DNA of 64,000 nucleotides, taken from assembly GCA_002633005.1 (NCBI GenBank), contig NMRA01000340.1, positions 357,435 to 421,434 of the forward strand. Reading direction: 5' to 3'. Source of the DNA: Phoronis australis. Lineage: Eukaryota > Animalia > Phoronida. The position numbers were made by a program, and so were the translations under genes. Below the pieces are notes generated by a model. That model did not search any database, was not told the DNA's origin, and saw nothing but the letters and a program-made list of their open reading frames with translations. This document shows, piece after piece, positions 24,201-33,451 of the stretch (the stretch's first letter is position 1; every line of letters begins with the position of its first letter).

Positions 24201-26634
24201 TGCCAATCGACAATTTCTGCTTTTGATTTCTTCTTGTACTCCCGTTTTTCGAGTAAATTAAAGCCACTGCTGAATAAAAATGAGTGGACTCACGAAATGT
24301 AACCGCTTTCCACATGTTGTTTTGTAGTTCTAGGCATGCACGAGACGGTCTCGACACCTAACTGGGCTGCGTTCAGTAACGCTAGGACCTACGCTAGTAA
24401 CTAGCTAAAACCTAAACAAAGTCACGTGTTCTCATTTGAAATACACGGCAATATCTCACGTAATTTCGCGAAGTCTTGCTTTTTTAAGTGATATATATTT
24501 ATTGAAGAATACACAGAACATACAAAGAAATAATGACAAACCAAGAAATCGCGAAGCATTATATCTGGGTTGTAAACAATTCATAAATGAAACTAATATA
24601 CATAGAGGTATATACAATTGAGTAGTATCTAATATAAGTATTCCAATACTTACATGTAGATATGCTATTACGAATACATAAAAAACAAAAATATGTACAG
24701 ATTCATGTATGGAAATCAGATGCAACAATATTGATAAACGGTATATTTACTAACGTTGCTTAGGAGGAATTCGTTGAGAACGAGGTCAAGGTTAGGACTA
24801 CCATTCAATAATAATGTAACTCTAGTAGGGATATTATTACAAGAATTGAGAGCGTTAACAATTGATTGGTTTTCATTGAGTGCACGAAAGAGTGAATCTC
24901 TCAGGTATTCGATGAGGAGACATTTGAAGAAAATATGAGGATAAGATTGATGGTCACCACATTTACAGTTTGGAGAGACATTATTAAAGTTGTGCCTGAG
25001 GTCTTGCTTTTTAGCGAGGTCCTATCGTTACTGAACGGGGAGTCTGGTGACAGCTTGTCGCTTGCCACGTGACGTACCTGTTAGCGGTAAATCACTGTTG
25101 CGTATGTATATTGCAGTGGAAAGGAGAAGAATGTAGTTCACCATATCAAAATTCTGTGAAATGTAAAGGGCGGTCAAACAAGTGGTCAAAGAATCCAAAT
25201 ATCCCGGAATTCAACTTATCTCGCATTTTCTTCCGAGTTTCCGTAAACCCAAAGGATTCCGGTAACCTTAACAACCAATGTTGAAGTTACAACTGATCCG
25301 TACGTAGTATATCTTACTCGAACGCGGTTGACTGAACTTGAACTGTCTATGTTCTGAAAACTCTGAGGATTCATCATCGGTTTGAAGTGATTTTCGACCT
25401 CACTGATAATTTCTTAACTGGTAAACATCTACTAATTACCATATTCCATTCAAAGATATTTCATTCAGCGTTTGTGTGCCAATCCCACTATTAACTGAAG
25501 TAATAGTCGGCCAGTTTTTCTAAATGACACTTTTCTCCATCAGTGGATTTTTTCTACAGAGAAATTTTGTTTGAGTGAAAGAAGCAAAAAAATTTGAATT
25601 TTTGCGTGCATGTGATAAACTTTCAAGATTCCGGAAATTCCACAAAGCGACTCCCTTGAACGGGCCTTTTATCGAATGAGCGCAAAAATATGGAATCGTT
25701 ATAATGTTCACTTGAATAAAATCTGCAGAAAATCCCCAGAAAGTGGTACCTGCAATTATTTATTAGAACCTGTGCATTCAATGAATATCAAATCGCAAAC
25801 AAAAATAAGCAATAAACATATTATACACTTTTTTCAAGGATAACATCCTTGGTTTGACGCAAGGACGGCAAGGATTGTTCAAGGGCGGAGGATGGTATCT
25901 GATTGGCATACAGGCACTGTCGGCTGTGATAATCATGGTTTGGAGCATATCCACCTCGTATTTACTTCTTAAGGTGAGATTTTCAAAACTGAAATTGCTC
26001 ATATGCTGTATATTAGATTGTATACCCCATATGCTTATATTTTCGTACGTGTAGAAATGTCTATACTATGTAAACTGCATATACATATACAACAGTTTAT
26101 TATCTTGTACTGCAGTTCTATACAATCCCAACTTTTAATTACGATAGCACGTTTTGACGTTTCAGCATCGCCTTGATACAAAGTTCATCTTTTGAGTTAT
26201 ATTAGTAAAAGCTTTTGTGTAGTCCACAAGTACAGCACTGCTGTACATTTACGTCGGTGTACCGTAAGCATTACAACTGGTTACTATGATATAGATCACT
26301 TTTTCAGTTCCTGGACGTTGTCATAGGACTTCGAGTGTCGAGGGAAGAGGAGCTGTTAGGCTCCGACTTCATTGAACACGGTATAGACAACTTTGACGTC
26401 ACGCAACAACTTCAAGCGAGTCAAAAAGACGAAGTGAAGCCCACACCCGTCTCCAAGTTCTTCAGGGGCGTCTGCTGCCTATGCCGGCGCCGGCGATGCA
26501 AGAATAGTAGTGAGCTAACACTGCAGGGTATATCAAGTAATGCGGTGACCCTCCACCCGAACGATAACTTCGATAATGAGGCGTTCGAGAGAGAACCGCA
26601 TGGCACATTGTCTTTGCATACTAGTTGGCTGTAA
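5612..26634 (+). CDS. amt: Ammonium transporter Amt-A (Amt/Mep family, invertebrate Amt3-like), whole gene: join(5612..5765,15219..15765,17173..17378,19699..19880,25839..25973,26308..26634), 1551 nt, about 516 aa
   Basis: Six exons splice in frame through GT-AG introns (phases 1,2,1,0,0). Family motifs present: WDDATW..FTMQSGFGLLESG, KNEVNIMVKN, FFQLSFATTATTIVSGAMAER, HWCW, DIAGAGPVHLVGG, LGPRTGRF, WWGWLGFNCGS, IDDPVGVIPVH, LRVSREEELLGSDFIEHG. Confidence 0.95.
6166..6223. repeat. (GCAC)n/(AC)n microsatellite
   Basis: Directly visible. Confidence 0.95.
6932..7112. mobile_element. Palindromic MITE-like element
   Basis: ttgagcaaaga..ctattggaaccaaagaaaccgcacctt vs aaggtacggtttctttggttccaatagga..tctttgctcaa; inverted arms of about 80 bp. 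Confidence 0.7.
7716..7836. other. Assembly gap (121 N) next to a GA-rich simple repeat (about 7670-7715)
   Basis: Run of N. Confidence 1.
7900..8950 (-). mobile_element. Degenerate 3' part of a non-LTR retrotransposon (CR1/L2-like ORF2, post-RT region)
   Basis: Broken minus-strand frames give ISHVNDFLFLGITVDKNL (typical post-RT F.FLGI.ID.NL.W motif) and a C-terminal RIKSHTLQAFSRSLTYYII...Y...C segment. Confidence 0.7.
15219..15765 (+). CDS. amt: Amt-A coding exon 2 (547 nt)
   Basis: Acceptor ttctcgttcag|GT, donor TG|gtaag; lies within ORF 15182..15769. Confidence 0.97.
16836..17083 (+). mobile_element. MITE family 1, copy 2 (TSD TGCAT)
   Basis: tgcat|catgcgcgcacacag ... ctgggtgcgggcatg|tgcat; ends 90 bp upstream of Amt-A exon 3. 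Confidence 0.8.
17173..17378 (+). CDS. amt: Amt-A coding exon 3 (WGWLGFNCGSTFGISGGKWKLAARAAVVT...GLLASLVSCT)
   Basis: Acceptor cccacag|G, donor G|gtaag; contains the WxGFNxGS motif. Confidence 0.95.
18743..18806 (-). pseudogene. Degenerate tRNA-like sequence (tRNA pseudogene or SINE head)
   Basis: Minus strand gctagcagagcgttcgactgcgtccgcagaggttccatgttcgaatctgcaccgggac has a B-box-like GTTCGAATC; acceptor and D stems are poor. A similar decayed head lies at about 42605-42675 (+). Confidence 0.45.
19699..19880 (+). CDS. amt: Amt-A coding exon 4 (ASCALVHPWEALIIGG...KIDDPVGVIPVHCVSGVWSILAVGLLVDN)
   Basis: Acceptor ttacag|CT, donor AAC|gtaag; DDP...H motif with the second pore histidine. Confidence 0.95.
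20563..21560 (+). pseudogene. Interrupted fragment of a SWIM/YqaJ-type transposon accessory gene (ISL2EU-like ORF2)
   Basis: MSEANTLSLNDVP...FSKESYVYDV..KIIIS (20563-20736), then after a ~700-bp interruption FRSQRKSEE..VYLQL...ATCSCKAG with one frameshift, followed by a gtaggt donor. Confidence 0.55.
21309..21443. mobile_element. Palindromic MITE-like element
   Basis: acaaaacgtaccg..catgaagtaatatcccac vs gtgggatattacttcatg..cggtacgttttgt. Confidence 0.7.
22505..22747 (+). mobile_element. MITE family 1, copy 3 (TSD CACTA)
   Basis: cacta|catgggtgcaccc ... ctgggtgcgcgcatt|cacta. Confidence 0.8.
23438..23532. repeat. 30-bp minisatellite, about 3 copies
   Basis: ttgccacgccttt(t/c)(g/a)tgtcattcaacac repeated at 23441, 23471 and 23501. 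Confidence 0.95.
24370..25037. mobile_element. Small TIR MITE split by a LINE insertion
   Basis: TIR cgttcagtaacgctaggacct / aggtcctatcgttactgaacg (20 of 21 match); related sequence at about 23540-23680 and 34565-34670. Confidence 0.7.
24485..25000 (-). mobile_element. 5'-truncated CR1/L2-like LINE (ORF2 C-terminus plus 3' UTR)
   Basis: Minus frame DLRHNFNNVSPNCKCGDHQSYPHIFFKC...RDSLF...LLLNGSPNL; AATAAA and short A tail; flanked by a 12-bp duplication GTCTTGCTTTTT (24473 and 25001). Confidence 0.8.
25839..25973 (+). CDS. amt: Amt-A coding exon 5 (DNILGLTQGRQGLFKGGGWYLIGIQ...LLLK)
   Basis: Acceptor tttttcaag|GAT (the less common aag type), donor AAG|gtgag; GLFxGGG loop before TM11. Confidence 0.9.
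26308..26634 (+). CDS. amt: Amt-A coding exon 6 (FLDVVIGLRVSREEELLGSDFIEHG...HTSWL*)
   Basis: Acceptor tttttcag|TTC; conserved Amt C-terminal LRV...EE..G.D..EHG motif; TAA ends at 26634. Confidence 0.93.
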   Translation, partial: FLDVVIGLRVSREEELLGSDFIEHGIDNFDVTQQLQASQKDEVKPTPVSKFFRGVCCLCRRRRCKNSSELTLQGISSNAVTLHPNDNFDNEAFEREPHGTLSLHTSWL

Positions 26635-26679
26635 TACTTTACCGAAAAGATGGATATCAGTTTACTGATAACGTTTAAC

Positions 26680-26850
26680 TTTTAGTCAGGTCCCTAACTC
26701 CTTACCTCGGTTTTAAATATACATCCATAAAGCATAAAAATAGTTCCAGGCGATCAGTGCAATATGCCCATCTGAATGGCCTTCGCACGTCTGGTACAAC
26801 GTGTACTGGACAGCTCGCAATTATTTTTTATAAAGACAAATACATGTATA
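26680..26850 (+). mobile_element. 5'-truncated copy of the tRNA-derived SINE family, just downstream of the Amt-A stop
   Basis: agtcaggtc..actcct..ctcggttttaa..aagcataaaaa..ctggtacaacgtgtac..gacagctcgcaattattt matches 47853-48100 and 54090-54312. Confidence 0.75.
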
Positions 26851-29703
26851 CACCTTTGGTTACATTAAATGAAAGAAAGAACAAAATCGGTCGTAACAGC
26901 AAAGTTTTTTAAAAATCACCCCCGCCACGTAGTGGCTGAATACAAAACTACTTTTAATAACAAATATCTGCGGTGTATTTACATTAACCAAGTGAACAGC
27001 ACAGACTTTCAAGCTGTTTAAAACGAAATACTAGGGGAACGATGATGTTTTGTTGACAGAAAGCATGGCGGTGAAACAAGATATTGTGAGGTGAAAATTA
27101 GGTGGACATAGGCAGACCTCAATTCTGAACTTGTTTTCATCGGCAATTCTATAGATACCCACTAATATCACAATCCACGACAAACCACAGAGCTGTAAAA
27201 CATACAAATTCAACATATCAATTCAACTTCGTCAACCTATGATCGCCAGGTCAGTCATCAAATTCCCTGCTCGGCCTCCTTCGGCCCTTCATCGCAGTGA
27301 AGTAAAGGGAATTTTCAACAGTAGCACGTTTGCAGCAATTAGGGTGAGCCGCGTAGAAATATAACCTTTGTTAGCCCAAGTTGTTGGAGACATGCAAGGG
27401 GTAAAAACACTAATATTGATCCCCATTTTACTAAATTATTGGCAATCCTAGATTGCCATTTTTTCTTGATATGGCAATGTTCCAATATTTTTTAATTAAT
27501 AGTATACGGAGGAATATTAGATGGACAAATTAATTTAATGAAATTTGTGTGAAAAAGATTTGTTGTTAAATTAAAGAAGTGTTGACACCAGTCATTTAAT
27601 AATAAAAGTGGCGTTAATAAAGTAACATTAAATCTGTTCATCTGGACAAAAACGTTGCAAGATCCCAATCGTAATCGCGTATGTCTACTGAAAGCGCTGT
27701 ACACGAAACATCTAACATGGTATATGAATATAAACAAGAAATAAATCATGAATTGTTTTGTCGTCATTTCTTCATTCTGACTTTAATCATGAAAATATAC
27801 TTCAGGTATTATTGGAGACTCCTAGGGACACGACCGAAAGTAAAACCCATTATTTTGTTTCTCTCCTTTCTCATAGATAGCAAAAATACCCCAAACCTTG
27901 GTAGTAGCACCGCTAAGCGACCTTAACGATTTCTAAACCGCACTCCTTGCGATAACCCTATCTTGTTGCGGCACCATAGTGTTCAGTTTATCTTGGATTA
28001 AAAATGATGAAAATTAATACATAGCTGAATAATGCACTTTCAATCAGACACAGCGTTGCATAAGACTGGTTTATCTCATATAACAGGACTCTTGAAGCCA
28101 CTCATTCAAAAACTTAGCTGGCATGCTGTTATTAATTCAAGCATATAAACCGAACCATAAGTGTCTTACTGAGTTCAGATTTATTTAAGTATTGATATAA
28201 CACGAGGAATGGGTTCATATAAAATCTAGAGTTGCATATCAACCTACACGTAACATCCAACATCACAGCTGAACTTCCTTCCCTATACTGCCAAGGGCGA
28301 TATCGACCTGAAGACAGACAGACAGGCAACTGATCGGACCGTGTTCCAAGTGCAAGATTCCGCACGGGTAAACAGTATGAATGTAGACATGTAAGTAAAT
28401 TGCGTAGAAGCATCCATAAATGTTGTCTCAAACAAAGCAGCTATAAAAACACATTCCGTTATCCAAGAAGGAAACTTTTGATTTAGACTGCTTAAAGCGA
28501 TAAAGTTAGACTCATCTTGTTTGCGGAGCCATTAAACAAGTTGCAGTGCGACTGAGGAGTTGCGCCGGAGGATTGCGAAACTGTTCGAGAACAGGTAAAG
28601 GTGGAATTGCAAACGATGATGGTTGGAATGTGGCGGTACAGGGAGCACTAAAGTGATGGCAACCAAGGGCAATTGTAAATTTTATGACGACGTAGACTTA
28701 GAAATAATGGACATCGGTGATGGCAGCCGGGGTGCGTGGTGACAGTGGTGGTGAGATGGGATGGGCTTGCATAGGAGGAGGCGAGTGGGGCAACCAGCAT
28801 GCAAAGCAAACGTTCCCACACACCTCCCTGCTGTAGATGAGTTCGAATTGAAATTATTTTTTCAAGAATTTTACTAAAATGTGTTTGATTCCAGTGGCGC
28901 AAAAAAAAACAGACCAATGTCCTCGTCGCGGTGTGGTAATCATAGTAACATTATGCTTCCAAAGGTGTCTGGCCACGGCCCTGTTGTATTTTCGGAGTTT
29001 TCACGTAGCCATTAACTGCTAACAGATGCTATTTATTTGGTCAAATAGACCTTTACTCGTTACCCGCCTCCAATGGACATTTGAGCTCGCAGATAAAAAA
29101 CAAGAGATTCACATTTCGTTAAATTTGCAACGTTACCCATCACCCACGTTGTTATCTGACACCTAGCTGTTACGGTAGTCACTTAGTCCGGAGACAATAG
29201 GAATTTGAGTCAACATACGTCTACTGGGACTGATTGCGCCAACGCGACGATGGTTCCTGTCACTAGTTGAAGGGAATGTCCGGTTCACAAAGTGCACAAA
29301 GTTATTTCAGGGTATTTTTTGTTCTGATTAAAGAAACACGGCTTAACATCAGATTATCCATTAAATGATATTTACTGAAAGTCCCTAGTGACAGTACATG
29401 TATGCATCAGAGGCTTGTGGCAATATTTCACGTGCGCCAACTACAGACAAGAGCGATTCATGCGAAACACAATATTGCGACTCGAGAGAAAACAAGGTGG
29501 CCACAATTTTGTCGTAGTCTGTGTACAACTGGCGAGTTAGACCAGGATCGAAGGAGATGACGGGCTTTTTAATATATACATTTAGATAAATCTATACAAA
29601 ATATCGTTTCGGTTAGAACTTAAACCATCATCCGTGCTGACAGACAGAACGATAGGAGACAACAGACAATTGAGAGGGAATAGAGATATTAGACGGAGGC
29701 TAT

Positions 29704-31380
29704 AGACCCAATTCACGCGGCGGGCATTAAAATCCAAAGCGAGGCTGACTGTGATAAATCAAAGCGGAAGTTGGCATTGCGTGAGTTAAATGGCCGGTCT
29801 TTGGAGTCCAACCTGAATATTAAATCCTAAAAATGTGTCAATAATTAACCATAGAGACGTAGAAAAATACATTAAAGAACAAGTCAATGCACCAAAGAGT
29901 TGTCTGACGAAAGGATATCAGTTTTTTTTTTCGGAAAACTAGGTTCGAAACATGAAAAGTAAATATGACCAAATTGCTGCGATCGTAGTGTTACGGATTA
30001 GGTATCATGCTGAATGCAGAGTTACGTTTCTTCTTATAAATAAAATGCTTTCTACACGAACCAGGTCATCTGGTCGTATTGTTGACGAGTTGAAGATACA
30101 GTATATTCGACAGTGGTGGCTCATAGCATTTTGCTGCAATGTGCAACTAGTCACATTTGGTTTAATTTGTTGATCAAGAATATTAACATCAAGCATAGCC
30201 TAGGCCCTGGTGAGGTAGGAACTACCGGGACTAACAGTTGATTTGCCATTGATCTGCAAGAATAATTGATATTATTAAATATATATTTTGATTAAGATAA
30301 AAAACCAGGCTCGCAATTGAAAATAAAAATTATATGACCATCAATTCTACTTTCTTGGTTTTAATAATTACGTCTATTTCATGTGTTATATTTTTCAAAT
30401 ATCAATCTGGACCAATTTGAATTGTAAAATTAAAACACCTAATTCTTTCGTCCAAAGCATAACCTCGTTGTAGAACTCAATTTCAGTTAACTCGACAGAA
30501 CACAATGGCGGATTTAGAGGGGAGCCAAGGGGGCCATGCCCCCCCCCTAAAATTCTCCCAGATTCCATTTGGCAGTTCAGGAGCGCGAAAGTCTGACGGG
30601 CAAAATCCTGGCTAATACTCTGCCTTGGCCCCCCTCATTCAAAGTCCTGGATCCCCCTGGAACAACCATAGTTATCATGTTTCTTCAGAGGCTTCGTTCA
30701 TATCCGAGGGGAAAGCTGCCTGTAAGGCCTTCTGAGAGCGGAACGTTTCGCCGACTGAGTGACGGGTCAGTGAAAAATCTACTGACCTCCCGATCACCAT
30801 CAATAGCACCCCCGCCCTGTTGCAAGTTCTCATATGCTCTGTCTCAAGTAGCATTTTGTGCTTTTTCAAATTGTCACCTCTGTGGTCACAGGTGATTTGA
30901 ACCGTACGGAGACAAATTTTCAATCACTACGGGAATTTTTAGGACTCGTGGGGCGGGGAATTTTGCGTGATTTTTTGAGAGGGGAATAGGGCCGATATTT
31001 GACCCCAAATCGAGGGATTGAAGGCTCTGTCCTTTTTGTAAAGAAAAATGCATCGTGTTTCAATCCCTAGTCATGAAAACACAGCCTGGCTGGCCGAAGA
31101 TTCTCCGGTCCTCGTTGCTATGATGCTCGGCAACCGAGATGCGACAAATTATGATTCGAAAACAGTTAAAAATTTTACACGGACATGTTTCCCTGCGTAT
31201 GGCAAGGACCCAACTCTCCCGAATCCCAACGTCCTTAGGGATTGTAAAACAGACAGTTGAGTGCCCGTATTTTTTCTAGCCGTTCGAGCAACGCGGAGTA
31301 CAACTACGCGTATAAGCCAACAGAGCTATCGTAGCGACCCTCGTTTTGGAACGCGTCTCCTGTCGGCGTGAATTGGGTCT
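29704..31380. mobile_element. ISL2EU-type (PIF/Harbinger-related) DNA transposon, internally deleted
   Basis: Perfect 15-bp TIR AGACCCAATTCACGC with AT on both flanks; + strand relic IINHRDVEKYIKEQVNAPKSCLTKGYQFFFSEN*VRNMK (accessory ORF N-terminus); possible decayed THAP-like relic on the minus strand at about 30680-30920. Confidence 0.8.
30503..30659 (+). mobile_element. MITE family 2 (157 bp, CA..TG termini, TSD GAACA), nested in the ISL2EU-type element
   Basis: gaaca|caatggcggatttag ... ctggatccccctg|gaaca; homologous to 59174-59330. Confidence 0.8.
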
Positions 31381-33348
31381 ATACTCAGCTTGCGATTGAT
31401 TTTCGCAATGCACGTGTCCTTTGTTGTGAAAACGGCACTCACTGCTTACACATAAAGAATCCCCACGCATCCTCAAATCTGAAGCATTTACTTGCATCAC
31501 ACAATCAATGAATATCACGTCAACCAGACTAAAGCTCTGACCATGACTCCTGCCATACAGGAATTTGCGTGGACCTCTCCCCAATCTCTCGTGTCCCTCT
31601 CAATGTTTCAGACTGTGTAGATTTCTGCTATCTGTTGTCTCCATTGATCGTGCCTGTCAGAGTGACGATAGTTTTACCAAAACGTTTGTTTGTAAATAGT
31701 TATGTAAATTTGTGTATTAAAGAGTTCGTCACCACCTTCCTGTCTAAAGAAAGAAGTACATGAAGTCAGAGAAGAATTGTGTTCAGGAGGAAACAGCTCT
31801 GCTGGCGTGTTTTCTGTTAATCAGGCATAACCAATACATTCTCGATGATAAATGAATTGACTGTTTCCATGAGCAAAAGTGCTGAACGATTAATAAAAAC
31901 CAAGCTACACAAGTTGTTCACTTCCCAATGGGGATCATGATCTTTTGTAAAAATAAAGTGTTTCCATGGAAAATTAAAAAATATGAAGGTTCACAAAAAG
32001 GCCATAGTCTGTTTTACAAGTACTTTTGAATACAGAGGCATACTTATAAAATCTTAATGGTCTAGATTATTTATTGGATGCTACGATAGGGGTTTAGTCA
32101 ACCACCCAACGTTTTCTCAGGTGAGAAACGTCCAATACTGGCATGCGGTTGCAAACCCTGTTCAGTTCTCGGTCCCAAGAGTTCTGTCTCTGCTGGAGTT
32201 CCGTCAAGACAAATCTCCAACAGGTTGCTTCCAAATCAATTTGCTTCCGTATAAAGGTGAGTAAAAAATGATGACGTGTTTGAAAGTTGAAAAAGTTAAA
32301 TGGAAGGCAATTCATTGTTAGCAGTTATGACGAATTATTTTGTAATAGACCTAGGATTCTCTAGTTATAGGATTTTCCAGCTGTAAGATTAGTTTAAAAG
32401 TAATTACGTCAGTGAGTTTGCACTGTGCGTAGGCCTGCAAGCAAGCTAAAAGTGTTGCGTTTATTCCAACAGATATTCAAGCATCGGATATTCAGGCCTA
32501 CACGAATCATTGACTATTCCACTATTAATTCCTGATCAGATGTTTATCTCTATTGTTTTTGTTGCATATGCCGTTCCGAATATCTTGAAAATTAATTCTA
32601 TGTGTCGAAGAAGTGTTCGATTGTTTCCGTTTGATAATTCTCGTCGGTAAAATTTGTAGAATACGTGGCATTGGTGCCCGTTTACTGATCATGCTCAGTC
32701 GGCCAAACTTCCTCTATATTCGTCCTCCGAAAATCAAGAATCCACGTTGGAGACATTGTCGGGTATTCAATAAGTTGTACCTACAAAAGGGGCTTGTGCC
32801 CGCAGCTATTTTGTTGTAAAACTCAGCAAAAGTCTTCTAGAAAAGCATCGTATTTCATCGAAAGCGTGGCTGGATAAAACTTCAGTATAATGCCGATGTG
32901 GCACTGGTCAGTTTACTGAGCATTCAGTTGTTTATATTCCCGATATGAACATATTCAGTGTTACGGTTAACCGGTCACGGATTTATTACCCATCTGCTTA
33001 CAGTTTGACCAGCTGACGTCGCGAATACTCCCCGAGCCATTGTTTTATTGAAGCAAACACAAACATTCAGAACTTCTGTGTGGAGTATGCATGTGTCGCA
33101 AATAATACCTTATACCAGGCCGTAATGATACATCCATACAGTGTAAGACCTGTCGCCACCAATCTTCACAAATAAATGAACTGATTACACCGAAGACACA
33201 GCGAAAATACTCTTTGGACGCACTTTCAGCCATTACCTTAAAGAGGGCGCTATAAGCATTTTGCATGTTGAACAATTCTCATCGCGATCGGTGCGTTCAG
33301 TCAGCAGTTAATGGTCGAGATCAGCTGGTTATAGACGAATGAATACAA

Positions 33349-33451
33349 ATGTCTAACCACACCGCTATTAGAGCTGATGGACACTTGATGAGTTGGGACG
33401 ATGCCACGTGGGTTCTCACAAGCTCCTTCGTCATTTTTACCATGCAGTCAG
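33349..33451 (+). CDS. amt: Amt-B coding exon 1 (MSNHTAIRADGHLMSWDDATWVLTSSFVIFTMQS/G)
   Basis: ATG at 33349 preceded by an in-frame TGA at 33340; donor TCAG|gtaag in phase 1; NHT sequon. Confidence 0.9.

Noticed and set aside
31383-31760. Solo-LTR-like segment (ATTAAA followed by a ..TACA end); similar impression at about 9930-10300
   Set aside because: No matching TG start with a target-site duplication, and no second copy in the window.
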